Source: Terriglobia bacterium (GTDB lineage: Bacteria; Acidobacteriota; Terriglobia; 20CM-2-55-15). Taken from it: a stretch of DNA of 64,000 nucleotides. A model generated the notes under the pieces. That model worked only from the letters and a program-made list of their open reading frames with translations. It was not told where the DNA came from and did no database searches. Positions 9,912-19,555 of the stretch are shown piece after piece. Made by a program: the position numbers and the translations under genes. Within the stretch, counting starts at the first letter, position 1. Each line of letters starts with the position of its first letter. The stretch covers positions 32,001 to 96,000 of the forward strand of contig CAXWPJ010000007.1 of assembly GCA_963664115.2 (NCBI GenBank), written 5' to 3'.

Positions 9912-10535
9912 GTGGGGCAGTCGCGACTGACAATTGAGGACGGGGTGCGGGAAGTCGTCCGTTGGGCGCGGGCAGACCGGAACCCACCGGTAGTTGTGGG
10001 TATCGGGGGAGGCTCGTGTGCAGGAAAGACGAGCGTTTCCCTTGCTTTGAGGGAAGGGATTGCGGATTCGGGCATTCTTGAAATGGATGCGTATTACCAT
10101 AGCCGCGCAGATGTGGGCGAACAGGTCGATGTCAACTTCGACGAGCCAGGGGCCCTGGACTTCACATTATTAAAAAGACACTTGAAGTTTCTACGTTCAG
10201 GTATTGGAATTCATAAGCCTGTTTACGATTTTAAAAAACATGTGCGGTCCGGTACGGAATGGTTCGCTCCGTGCCGGGTCATTATCCTGGACGGCATCTT
10301 CGCCTTGCATTCAAGCCTGGAGGGATGGCTGGATTTTGGGATCTTCGTGGATTGCGACGCGGTGGAGCGCTTGCGGCGGAGGCTCAAGCGGGATCGTGTC
10401 GAGCGTGGCCGGACTTGGGCAAGCGTCCGCCACCAATTCGAAACCACCGTGCAACCGATGTTTCTAATCCATGTCGAGGGAACGCGGACGGCGGCCAACA
10501 TCGTCATCTCGAATCAAAAGCACCTTCAGCTCTAA
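9912..10535 (+). CDS. udk: Uridine kinase
   Basis: VGIGGGSCAGKT, DAYY, NFDEP, RRLKRDRVERGR; start re-estimated at GTG 9912. Confidence 0.85.
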   Translation: MGQSRLTIEDGVREVVRWARADRNPPVVVGIGGGSCAGKTSVSLALREGIADSGILEMDAYYHSRADVGEQVDVNFDEPGALDFTLLKRHLKFLRSGIGIHKPVYDFKKHVRSGTEWFAPCRVIILDGIFALHSSLEGWLDFGIFVDCDAVERLRRRLKRDRVERGRTWASVRHQFETTVQPMFLIHVEGTRTAANIVISNQKHLQL

Positions 10536-10604
10536 AGAAAGCGTCCCCTGTTGCCGATCTGTCTATTAACGATACGGACGATACTCCTAAGGGGAGAGAC
10601 CGGC

Positions 10605-10778
10605 ATGGACGCCATAATAGTGAGTGAATTGGACAAGATTATCGCCTCGCTCGAGGTGATCGAGAACCAGTTAACGAAGGTCAAGGCCAGCGAAGAAGGC
10701 GCGGTATGGATTCGCTCAGAGTTTCCGCCGATGCCCTTTCCGGCATTCGACCAGGAATCTTCATCACTTCCCATCTGA
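10605..10778 (+). CDS. Small hypothetical protein
   Basis: MDAIIVSELDK... preceded by GGGGAG; short and unsupported by motifs. Confidence 0.35.
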   Translation: MDAIIVSELDKIIASLEVIENQLTKVKASEEGAVWIRSEFPPMPFPAFDQESSSLPI

Positions 10779-10837
10779 GGACGCGCCCACACGGTCTGGG
10801 GAAGTCGCTTCGAGTTCAGAAGCTCAACTGCTCGGAC

Positions 10838-10879
10838 ACGCCCGCGAGAATTCGAAGCTCTGACCTTCGGATTCGTAGT
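10838..10879 (-). repeat. Degenerate duplication of the tRNA-Arg 3' half (att site)
   Basis: acgcccgcgagaattcgaagctctgaccttcggattcgtagt matches 23396-23437 at 39/42 positions, same orientation. Confidence 0.9.
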
Positions 10880-11163
10880 TCAATCCCTAACTTTTCAGCT
10901 GTTTTAATTCCGTTCAGACTGTCTGCTAATACGTTGACAGTATGCGCCTTCTCGTCAAAGTCACACCCCATCCCTTTTTGGCTGTTTTTGGGTGTCTTCA
11001 GGCGTGTTGGTAGATGTTGTTAAATGCGGTACCCTCGGACGCAACGCGATGTTTAAGAAGAACTGAACAAGCGGATTCAATATGTTCTCAGTGAAGCCGG
11101 TGGGGACACGGATGAAGTGGCCTTTTGTCGGCCGCCTATCACTGCTTTCGGTTCTCTTTACGT

Positions 11164-11179
11164 TGGCACTGCGCTTGCC
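11164..11179 (+). promoter_or_regulatory. Putative sigma-54 (-24/-12) promoter
   Basis: TGGCAC-tgcgc-TTGC with exact consensus spacing, ~100 nt upstream of ATG 11276. Confidence 0.6.
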
Positions 11180-11275
11180 ACTATGTTTGTACGACCTTTT
11201 AACCGGGGAGCGATCAACGCCACTCCACTGTCAACGAACATTAACGTGATTACTACAACTTATTGAGGAGTGATT

Positions 11276-12271
11276 ATGGCTAAAAAAACGAACAGACGCG
11301 AGTTTGTCAAGGTCGCTGGACTGGCGGCCTCGGGCTGGATGGCGACGGCCCGTGCGGTGAGCGGAGCAGTTCCTGAGTCGCAGGGGCAACCGGCGCCAAG
11401 AACAATGGGTGCGCGCTTTCGCGCGTTGATGAATGGGCCGGAACCGCTTATATGCCCGAACGGTTATGACACGCTTACGGCTCGTCTGATCGAGGCTCAC
11501 GGCTTCAAAGGAGTGTTTATCGGCAGCAGTGTCGCTAATCAAGCCCTGGCCGGTATGCCGGACCAGGCGATCGTCACGGTGTCCGAGATCATCGAATATG
11601 ATAGTACTGTCGCCGCGAACGTGGATATTCCTGTCCTTGCGGATCTCGATGACTTCGGCGCCACGCCTCTCACTATTTACCGCCTCGCGCAAAAGGCTGA
11701 ACGCGGTGGGATCGGCTGCGCGGCCTTCGATGACCGAATGCCCCTCAACCGCGCCACGGCCTATGCCGTTCCGGGTGTCCACCCCAGGGCTCGCATGATC
11801 GACAATATTCATGCAGCAGCCGACGCGCGTACGGACATGGTCCTGATCGTGCGCTGTCTTGCGCCCACTCCGAATAATTCGTACAACGAGATGCTGGACC
11901 GGGCCGCCGCTTACGCCGAAGCCGGCGCTGACGCTGTGTGGCTGGGATTGCCGACGGCCGAAGACTACGTACAGGCTGCCGGCATGATCACGAAGCCGCT
12001 GATGGCTACCGTCGGTGGCGCAAATTTACCGGCAACGGCGGCCGCTATGCTAGCAGCTCGAATCACCGTGGGTCAGGTCCCCAGCATGGTAGACATTGCG
12101 TTAGGCGCCATCGACAGAACACTGGTCGAATTGAAAGCGACCGGACATAGGACCGAAGCAATAAAGGGGGCGCTGAACCGGGAGATGTCGCAGAAAATTA
12201 AGCAAGTTGAAGAACTCAATGCGCTCTCACGGAAGTACAATCTTCCCAGCGCCTCGGCTCCGGAACGCTAG
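11276..12271 (+). CDS. Isocitrate lyase/PEP mutase family protein with Tat signal peptide
   Basis: TNRREFVK twin-arginine motif; YDTLTARLIE, PVLADLDDFG, RAAAYAEAGADAV; SD GAGGAG. Confidence 0.85.
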   Translation: MAKKTNRREFVKVAGLAASGWMATARAVSGAVPESQGQPAPRTMGARFRALMNGPEPLICPNGYDTLTARLIEAHGFKGVFIGSSVANQALAGMPDQAIVTVSEIIEYDSTVAANVDIPVLADLDDFGATPLTIYRLAQKAERGGIGCAAFDDRMPLNRATAYAVPGVHPRARMIDNIHAAADARTDMVLIVRCLAPTPNNSYNEMLDRAAAYAEAGADAVWLGLPTAEDYVQAAGMITKPLMATVGGANLPATAAAMLAARITVGQVPSMVDIALGAIDRTLVELKATGHRTEAIKGALNREMSQKIKQVEELNALSRKYNLPSASAPER

Positions 12272-12311
12272 CCCGCGTTGACAGCCCGCGTTGGCAAGGA
12301 TGCCTGCTGAG

Positions 12312-13106
12312 GGCTCTGTCAACTTATCTTCCAACGGCCGAACCGATGGCATTTGGTCGCGAGTTGATCAGGCTGCCGTCACCGCTTCCCAAGTCGCAAA
12401 AGAACGCGCCCTCAACATGCGGTGGTGAACTGCTTTTAGTCTGTGCCTGGCCAAGCGGAAAAGATTCAGAACAACACCGTGAACATAGAGGAATCGTTGA
12501 GCGTGCGCAGGCGACTTGAATTTCCTCATCTGCCGTTCGTGCTGTCGGGTAGGTTGGTGTGAGGCTTCCGCTCGATTGTTCGCGTAACGTTCAGTGTCAT
12601 GATTCGTCGAAGGCATGATCGTCCGGAGCGCTGCGCCGTGACTCTTCAACTTATCGGTGACGATTCGCAGCGGAGTCTTTCCTTGACCTTTCAAGAGTTT
12701 GCGAAAGAAGCGCTCCGCTGCACGACGGTTGCGCCGCGACTGAACGAGGATATCGATCACGTCACCGTCTTGATCCACGGCACGCCACAGGTATTGCCGT
12801 TGACCGTTGATCGTCACGAAGACCTCGTCGAGGAACCCTGTATCTCCGAGTCGACCTTGTCGTCGCTTCAGGCGCTTGGCATAGTCGAGCCCGAACTTCG
12901 CACACCACCGGCGAATTGTCTCGTAGGACACGGTGATTCCTCGCTCGGCCAGCAAATCCTCGACTTCCCGAAAGCTGAGACTGAATCGATAGTAAAGCCA
13001 GACTGCATGCCTGATGATTTCAGCGGGATAGCGGTGTCCGTGGTAGCGGGATTGGGCGCTTTTCATCCAATCAGTGTGGCAGGTATGGTCTCAAGTTGAC
13101 AATGCC
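12312..13106 (-). mobile_element. IS6-family insertion sequence
   Basis: Terminal IRs GGCTCTGTCAACTT / revcomp GGCATTGTCAACTT (12/14); no flanking direct repeat. Confidence 0.92.
12368..13066 (-). CDS. IS6 family DDE transposase
   Basis: AVWLYYRFSLSFREVEDLLAERG, LDEVFV, YLWRAVD, TDK, NNRAEASH. Confidence 0.95.
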   Translation of the reverse strand: MKSAQSRYHGHRYPAEIIRHAVWLYYRFSLSFREVEDLLAERGITVSYETIRRWCAKFGLDYAKRLKRRQGRLGDTGFLDEVFVTINGQRQYLWRAVDQDGDVIDILVQSRRNRRAAERFFRKLLKGQGKTPLRIVTDKLKSHGAALRTIMPSTNHDTERYANNRAEASHQPTRQHERQMRKFKSPAHAQRFLYVHGVVLNLFRLARHRLKAVHHRMLRARSFATWEAVTAA

Positions 13107-13409
13107 ATCTGGATTCCTCTGTCAAGTAGGCGTAACTCTCCTGTCTGTTTTCTCCCGCAAATATATTCAGCAGGACTGACTAGAGGTTGCGAGGTGAGTA
13201 GCTAGTCGACTGCATCCGTATCTTCGGCCTCAAAAGTGGAACGGTATTGTTCCGGGCCATGATGGAAATTTGCGCGCGGGGAGCCATCCAACAAAGACGT
13301 CTTGAGGACACCCGCGTCGCTTCAAATTCACGGCCCACGGGTTTCGACCGTTCGGTTCAGCGTTCCACGCGGTGGGAAACAACCCGCGAAGTGTGGTATG
13401 AACTAAAGG

Positions 13410-13811
13410 ATGTCAGAATTTGGAGAAGCAACTGGAGAAGTCCTTGGACAACATCTGATCGCCGACATGACGGGGTTGTCCCCTGTCCTCCTGCGTGATG
13501 GTGAGCGGATCATGCATGTTCTTAACGACGCGTTGGCGCTGGCAGGTTTTCACTCCATCAGGAGCGTGGAACATCACTTCGTCGAGCGTGGTGCGGGATT
13601 TACGGGGATGGTCCTTTTGGCGGAATCCCATGCCGCCGTTCATACCTATCCCGAGCAGGAATACCTCGCGCTCGACATCTTCGCTTGCGGCGGTATCGAT
13701 CCATCCACCGTCATGGACGCGTTGGTTCGAGAGCTGGGTCCTACATCAGTCGACGTGCGGACTCTGACACGCGCTCCTCGCGCGAGCATTCCCGCGGACA
13801 GAAAAACCTAA
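13410..13811 (+). CDS. speD: S-adenosylmethionine decarboxylase proenzyme
   Basis: GQHLIAD, LAESHAAVHTYPE (E-S autocleavage site), DIFACG. Confidence 0.9.
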   Translation: MSEFGEATGEVLGQHLIADMTGLSPVLLRDGERIMHVLNDALALAGFHSIRSVEHHFVERGAGFTGMVLLAESHAAVHTYPEQEYLALDIFACGGIDPSTVMDALVRELGPTSVDVRTLTRAPRASIPADRKT

Positions 13812-13865
13812 TCCGGAGGGATATCACCCGAAAATGTTCGGGGTGAGGCCGGATTTGGCCTACCC

Positions 13866-14873
13866 TCAGAAGGTCCACACGATCAGGATCGAAGCGCCGA
13901 TGTAGCCGAACGCTTCGAGGAGGCCGGCGCCGATGTTAGGATGTTCCTGCGTCTGTTCGTCGGCAAGTTTGACGCCCGGCGCCAGTAAGATGTCGGTGAA
14001 TTTGTGGACGAAGAACAACATGATGAAGCCAAATGTGACATCGACCGCGAACAGCATCAGGCTATCGGTCCAGCCGGTGAAATCGCCGCCGACTGCCACA
14101 CTGATGACATTGCCGATTCCGATGAGCGCTCCTCCGAACGCGAGGCCTACCGCAGCGTTATCTCTCTCCAGTTCTTCAAGAAACTTGTATGGGGTCACCC
14201 ACTCGTACAGTCGTCCGGCGATCACCAATACCACCTGGGCGAGTAACCAGAAAGCCAGTAGGACTAGCATGCCCGAACCCATGGCGCTGAATGCGCTCGC
14301 CGCGGGAGAAGCTCCCCCTAATTCGCCCTCGGTGGCACGGAGAATGATCAGGCCGTTGGCGATATATACGCCGGCCTCGACGTACCCCACGCCGAGGTTG
14401 CGATCTTGGACAATCTCTTTGGTGTTGTTGAATGTAGGCAGAAGGATTTTTTCGCACATGAAGCTCGCCAGAAGCATAAGGACGATTGCAGAAAGACCGT
14501 AGATAGCGATCGTAACCACGTCTGTTCCGAGACCCTGTGATTCGCCCGAAATCGCCCCACCGAAAGCGACCAGAATGCCGAAGTAATAGCCCACCGTGGA
14601 GATTGCGAGCGCCTGATTGTCCCGGGTGAAGAGTTCCGCATTCAACTCCACACGCCGATATAGACTGGAATAAGCGAATTTCGCGATCCACAAGAGAACA
14701 AACGCTTCGAGGATATAAACGAAGGATTCGCCGATTAGATACAAATTATCTACCAGAGAAACCTGCACCAACTGCGGCGTAGAAGTTTGCGCAGAGAGTG
14801 TAAATCCCAGTCCGGCGAATACCGGAGCGGCTAAGCCAAGTACGACAGCGAGAATGGCCGGCTGTTTGCTCAT
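13866..14873 (-). CDS. DUF350 family membrane protein (repeated units)
   Basis: Repeated helix-N-x-A/G units (ELFTRDNQALA, EIVQDRNLGVG, ELERDNAAVG, NIGAG); start re-estimated at MSKQ. Confidence 0.8.
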   Translation of the reverse strand: MSKQPAILAVVLGLAAPVFAGLGFTLSAQTSTPQLVQVSLVDNLYLIGESFVYILEAFVLLWIAKFAYSSLYRRVELNAELFTRDNQALAISTVGYYFGILVAFGGAISGESQGLGTDVVTIAIYGLSAIVLMLLASFMCEKILLPTFNNTKEIVQDRNLGVGYVEAGVYIANGLIILRATEGELGGASPAASAFSAMGSGMLVLLAFWLLAQVVLVIAGRLYEWVTPYKFLEELERDNAAVGLAFGGALIGIGNVISVAVGGDFTGWTDSLMLFAVDVTFGFIMLFFVHKFTDILLAPGVKLADEQTQEHPNIGAGLLEAFGYIGASILIVWTF

Positions 14874-14904
14874 AATGAAATTCCTGTTGTGTCGTCGATC
14901 GCGA

Positions 14905-15660
14905 TCATTTTCCAAAGCTGCGCCCGCCTGAGACCGCCCGACTGCTTGCTCTGGCCTGAAAACGCGCCTGTTTGGCCTGATACCTCTGAGAGAAAGATGG
15001 CCGCGTTGTGGCAGTAGCCGTACCGTTCGCGCCGAAGGTGGGCCGTCCTCCAGTCTGAGGGCCGTAGTAGGGCTGTCCGCGATTCCTCGTGCCGACGTAG
15101 GTGCCGTAATCTCCCCGATTGATCCGGTGCCCACCCAACGCGGTCCTCATGAACGCGTACTGCCCGTAAAAAATCCAGAAACCGCCGGCACCAAAATACC
15201 CGTATTGGCTGCGACCCACATGCTGATAGTAGGGCGGGTGGCTCTGGTCATAGCCGGTCAAGGTGCCATCCGCATTCTTTGCGGCCACGACCATACCTAT
15301 GGATCGCTCATAACGGTCCACCAGACGGTCGGAGATCGAATAGGTGTTCACCTGTTCATCAAACTCGGCCGCCTCGCCCTCGTCGGGGTTCTCTCCGATC
15401 GGTTCAGCGACCAGGTAGCTGCTCTTGAGCGTCATCGAGTTCCGCAGAAATCCGTCGTCGACATCGTCCACGATGATCGAATACTCGGAATATTCGGCAA
15501 GCTGTCGCGCCAACTCTGGGACCGGGTCATTGCGCGACAGCCAGCCGCCGACTACCCAGAATCCCAGCAGTACCACGACGGCGACCATCCCTGCCTGGAT
15601 CCAGCGTTCCTCGCTTGTCTGCCTGGGCATCTCTCGACGCCTTGGATCATTTCTGTTCAT
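14905..15660 (-). CDS. Membrane-anchored protein with Gly/Arg/Ser-rich tail
   Basis: One N-terminal TM segment; PPYYQHVG...YG...FWIFYGQY; ends SSRAVSGGRSFGK. Confidence 0.75.
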   Translation of the reverse strand: MNRNDPRRREMPRQTSEERWIQAGMVAVVVLLGFWVVGGWLSRNDPVPELARQLAEYSEYSIIVDDVDDGFLRNSMTLKSSYLVAEPIGENPDEGEAAEFDEQVNTYSISDRLVDRYERSIGMVVAAKNADGTLTGYDQSHPPYYQHVGRSQYGYFGAGGFWIFYGQYAFMRTALGGHRINRGDYGTYVGTRNRGQPYYGPQTGGRPTFGANGTATATTRPSFSQRYQAKQARFQARASSRAVSGGRSFGK

Positions 15661-15668
15661 GGTAGTTC

Positions 15669-16217
15669 CTAAGCGTCCCCACTCGGCAGGATGTTTGTGA
15701 ACTGATACTCTTCCACATATTCGCCGACGACAGACTTGAAATCCCTTTCTCCGTACTGCGTGACGAACAGTACATTGTTTCCTGTATCGTCACAATAGGT
15801 CCAACTGATGAAGTCTTTACCCGGGCCCTCGGCGTTTTCATGGAACCGACCTGCGCCGCTCTCCATCAGCCTATGGCTTCGCCCATTGCGGGTCAAGGTC
15901 TTAGGTGGATCTTCATGTCGGCGGGTATGTTCAATGACTTCTTCGGAGATCTCGCTGATAGAAATGCTTTCTGTCAGCGTCCAGGTGATCCCGTCGTCAC
16001 TCGCACGTTCCAGATAGAGGACCTTGTCGGAGGTTTCGAGCACCCATTCTCTGGTCTCGACTCCAGAGTAGTCGTAGGTATTGTACCCCTTGACCTCCCA
16101 GGTCTTCATATCGTAATCGACCAGATATCCAACCTTCATAACGCCCAGTTCAAAGTCCACCTGCGTGTCGGATTCTGCATCGTCTTGGCCACGGCCAAAC
16201 CATTTTTTCCATCCCAT
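15669..16217 (-). CDS. DUF4178-like protein
   Basis: Acidic beta-rich protein with W-x-V...Y-D-Y...REW pattern; in a DUF350/speE context. Confidence 0.7.
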   Translation of the reverse strand: MGWKKWFGRGQDDAESDTQVDFELGVMKVGYLVDYDMKTWEVKGYNTYDYSGVETREWVLETSDKVLYLERASDDGITWTLTESISISEISEEVIEHTRRHEDPPKTLTRNGRSHRLMESGAGRFHENAEGPGKDFISWTYCDDTGNNVLFVTQYGERDFKSVVGEYVEEYQFTNILPSGDA

Positions 16218-16246
16218 CTTTCATCATCCCCCTAGGGAGCATCGGA

Positions 16247-17839
16247 CTACCATCGAGCGAGATCGTCCCGATAATACCCCGCCAGAGTCGGTCGTGCCAA
16301 GGTATTAGGCTCGACCTCAACACGGGTCATGTCCGCATCAAAATGTAAATTGGCCAAGAACAATTCCTTGTTCAGGTAACGCAGCCCGGGCATAAACTGA
16401 ACGCTGCCAGGATCGATCGGTGCCTCGGACCCGATATGAAAGCCCCATTCGCCGAAGGAAGGTACGTAGGCGTGAAACGAGAGCACCTCGAGATCCGCTT
16501 CTTCCATCGATTTGCCGATACACCAGTAGGCCTGGCGCGTGTAGTAAGGGCTCGTCGCCTGAGTAATTACCACTCCTCCGGGAGCCAGATGCCGACGAAT
16601 CAGCTTGTACGCTTCGACCGAGAACAGTTTTGAGATCTCTTCTTCTCGCGGATCTGGAAGATCGATTACCACCACCGAATAGGGTTCGTGTTCCCTCTGC
16701 AGAAAACTAAACCCATCTTCGTTAATCACCCGGACCCGGGGGTGGCTCAGGGCGTTCCGGTTCAGGTCGGTAAAATAGAGATTGCGCCTGGCCAGCGTCG
16801 TCATGGCCGGATCGAGGTCCACCAGCTCGATCTCGTCCACCTCGGAATACCGCAGGATTTCACGAACGGCGAGACCGTCACCGCCGCCGACGACCAGAAC
16901 CCGTGCCCGGCTATGCGAAAACGCCATGGCAGGGTGGACCAGCGCTTCGTGATACCGGTACTCGTCGACTGAGGAGAACTGTAGATGCTCGTTCAAAAAG
17001 AGCCGGGTTTCATCCTTCCAGCGCGTAACCACAATCTTCTGATATTCGGTCTCCGTGCTGAAAACCACCTGGCCTTCGTAGAGGGAATCTTCCCACCGAT
17101 CCATCAGGGGCTGGGCTTGACTTGCGAATACAGCCAACACAGTAGAAATCAGGACGCCCTGGACGACGAGTCGTGCCCGGTCTCCGGCCGATATTTGGGC
17201 CCACACGGCGAGAAGGATGGCCGAACCAGCGGCAACGTTGAGGGCGCCGGCGAGGAGTGATGTATGAAACGCCCCGAGAACCGGCAAACAAAAGAATGGG
17301 AAGAGAACAGCGGCGACCAGAGCGCCAACGTAATCGACCGAAAGCACATTCGACAGGATCGTCCGCAACGATCCGTGTCTTCGCAGGATCCGTGTGAGGA
17401 GCGGGATCTCCAGTCCGATGAGCGTGCCGATGATCAGGATGATGACCAGCATCAGGTATTTGTAGACGCTGGTGTAGGCGTTCGCGAGGTACAGAGCGGG
17501 AACTGTCAGACCTCCGAACAACCCGAGCCACAGTTCCAACGCCACCAACCGCCGGATCAAGTTCCCGTGAACGGCCCTCGAGATCCACGAGCCCAGGCCC
17601 ATCGCGAAAAGAAAGAATCCGATCGTCAGCGAGTACTGTTGGACGCTGTTGCCCAGGAAATACGACGAGATACTTCCGACCAGTAACTCGTAGACGATTC
17701 CGCACGCCGCGGCGACGAAAATCGATGCGAGTATCAGGAACAGACCCAGCCGCGACAGCCTTTCTTCTCCCAACCCGACATCGTCGAACTCTAGTTCGTT
17801 GGGGGTAAGATTGGTGTCAGGTGTCTTGCTGATGCTCAT
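16247..17839 (-). CDS. speE: Membrane-anchored polyamine aminopropyltransferase
   Basis: N-terminal multi-TM region (AACGIVYEL); YQKI, QFSSVDEYRYHEALVHP, VLVVGGGDG, IDLPDP. Confidence 0.92.
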   Translation of the reverse strand: MSISKTPDTNLTPNELEFDDVGLGEERLSRLGLFLILASIFVAAACGIVYELLVGSISSYFLGNSVQQYSLTIGFFLFAMGLGSWISRAVHGNLIRRLVALELWLGLFGGLTVPALYLANAYTSVYKYLMLVIILIIGTLIGLEIPLLTRILRRHGSLRTILSNVLSVDYVGALVAAVLFPFFCLPVLGAFHTSLLAGALNVAAGSAILLAVWAQISAGDRARLVVQGVLISTVLAVFASQAQPLMDRWEDSLYEGQVVFSTETEYQKIVVTRWKDETRLFLNEHLQFSSVDEYRYHEALVHPAMAFSHSRARVLVVGGGDGLAVREILRYSEVDEIELVDLDPAMTTLARRNLYFTDLNRNALSHPRVRVINEDGFSFLQREHEPYSVVVIDLPDPREEEISKLFSVEAYKLIRRHLAPGGVVITQATSPYYTRQAYWCIGKSMEEADLEVLSFHAYVPSFGEWGFHIGSEAPIDPGSVQFMPGLRYLNKELFLANLHFDADMTRVEVEPNTLARPTLAGYYRDDLARW

Positions 17840-19542
17840 TGAACTGCGCCCGTCTCTCCGGATAGACCCTTGATCGATGATTCGAATGTCCTGCCGAGGC
17901 GCTCCAGGACCTGTTCGGCCGCCCGGATGCCGGAAAAACAGGCTTCTTCGAACAGCGGCAGTCCTGTCGTGTCACACGAGGCGAAATACACGTTTCCGAA
18001 AGGCTCCCTCCGAGTGACGCTTTCTGGGCCCCATATGAGTCCCGGCCTCGGCCGGATCATGGCGTGACCCCACCGGTAAACGTCGATGCGGTCTACGACA
18101 CGCTCCAGGTCCGGATGGGCCAACAGTAGGTCCCGCATGATCACGTTGACCCAGTACGGATGTTCTTCTTCAAGGAGCTTTCTACGAGCAAGGTCGATGT
18201 CCTCGACGAACGGGAGATAATAAACCAGGATCGATGGGTTGTCTCTGTAGACCTGTCGGGTTTGATGATCAGCGACAATGTAGCCTAGGGATTGGCTGTC
18301 GCGGAGTACATTGTCCCACGCGATCGAGACTTCGGCGTTTGTGGGCAACTCGCTCACGTGGATACTGGCGGTCAGCCATGGGCTGTAATCACAGGATTCG
18401 ATCGCTTCTACCTGGGGCCGTGGCAATCCATCGACCAGGAAAGGCGCGGTGTGGAGCTTGGAGGCATGGATCACGGTTCGGGCCGAAATAGTGCGATATG
18501 TCTCACTCGGTGTATCGAAGTAGCCGACCCGAACGCCGGGATTGTCGTTATCGATGTTGTCGATGCGAAGCACCGTGCATCCGAGCCGGTATTGCGAGTC
18601 GTCCAGGTCTTGGGCTAAGCGTTGTACCAGAAACCCGTTTCCCGCGGGCCACGTCAACGTATCCGAAGGGTACTGGTCCCACAGCCGCTCGTCGTAGTAT
18701 CGGCAGGCGAAATAGTGAATGCCGGCCCAGGCCGACACGGTTGCCATCATGCTCCCGTAATCGTCCCGGCAAGCATAGTTGATCATCCAATCCAACCGTG
18801 GCGAATTCCATCCTTTGGAGCGGACGTAGGTTTCCATCGAAATCTTGTCGAGATCACGAACCCGGGAGTCCGTGGTGCTGTAGCTGAGAGGGAGTGCGAA
18901 TGCGCGCCGGCCGTCAAAACCGCGGTAAAGCGTCCAGGTCAGCATGTCGTCCTCAAAGGCAAGTATGGCTTCGCGGTCCTGGGTTGAGGCCCCGGCGAGC
19001 AGATCCCATTCGATCCATCTTCCGTCCATGAAGACACGTTCGGTGGGCCATCGCAGGATGTGTTGTTCGGGAATCCTCGGCCGTCCGGCCTCATCGTAGC
19101 CTTCGATTATGCCCAGGTCGGACAGGACTTCTTTGACGCAATCCGCTTCCGCGGGCGGAATATTGATGTAGTGTGCCGCCCAGGGGAATTCCGCGCCCTC
19201 TGCGCTTCCGGACGCGGAGGTGCCTCCAAGCCAGGGCTCCAGTTCGAGCAGGACAAAGTTGTCCAGTCCGGCCTTCATCAGCTTCCAGGCTGCGCACAGT
19301 CCAGAAACGCCACCTCCGACGATGGCGACGTCGTAGGTATGAGCATCAGGCTCGGGAAATCGATCGCGAGGGTGGGGTTCGCGCAGAAGATGCCCCGCCT
19401 GCTGGCCCCCCCCCACGATTTGCCCCGGAACTTTGAAGGTCCTCGGAGGCGGAGTGCCTGAATTCCAGCACGAAGGCACGACCGCCAGAAGGCTGCCGGT
19501 CGCGGAGAGGCGAAGGAACCGACGGCGTGTAAAGAACGACAT
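17836..19542 (-). CDS. FAD-dependent amine-oxidase-like oxidoreductase, Tat/lipoprotein signal
   Basis: TRRRFL...VPSC; DVAIVGGGVSGL Rossmann motif; RWGHAM; LFEEA; start re-estimated. Confidence 0.85.
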   Translation of the reverse strand: MSFFTRRRFLRLSATGSLLAVVPSCWNSGTPPPRTFKVPGQIVGGGQQAGHLLREPHPRDRFPEPDAHTYDVAIVGGGVSGLCAAWKLMKAGLDNFVLLELEPWLGGTSASGSAEGAEFPWAAHYINIPPAEADCVKEVLSDLGIIEGYDEAGRPRIPEQHILRWPTERVFMDGRWIEWDLLAGASTQDREAILAFEDDMLTWTLYRGFDGRRAFALPLSYSTTDSRVRDLDKISMETYVRSKGWNSPRLDWMINYACRDDYGSMMATVSAWAGIHYFACRYYDERLWDQYPSDTLTWPAGNGFLVQRLAQDLDDSQYRLGCTVLRIDNIDNDNPGVRVGYFDTPSETYRTISARTVIHASKLHTAPFLVDGLPRPQVEAIESCDYSPWLTASIHVSELPTNAEVSIAWDNVLRDSQSLGYIVADHQTRQVYRDNPSILVYYLPFVEDIDLARRKLLEEEHPYWVNVIMRDLLLAHPDLERVVDRIDVYRWGHAMIRPRPGLIWGPESVTRREPFGNVYFASCDTTGLPLFEEACFSGIRAAEQVLERLGRTFESSIKGLSGETGAVQ

Positions 19543-19555
19543 TGCTGGATGATAC

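Noticed and set aside
10838-10879. Possible additional tRNA
   Set aside because: Only the 3' half is present, with T-arm mismatches and no D-arm; treated as an att remnant
12270-12293. AGCCCGCGTTG direct repeat near IS6
   Set aside because: Both copies lie on the same side of the IS, so it is not a TSD; two copies only
12599-13099. 166-aa ORF inside IS6
   Set aside because: Antisense to the transposase; no independent coding evidence
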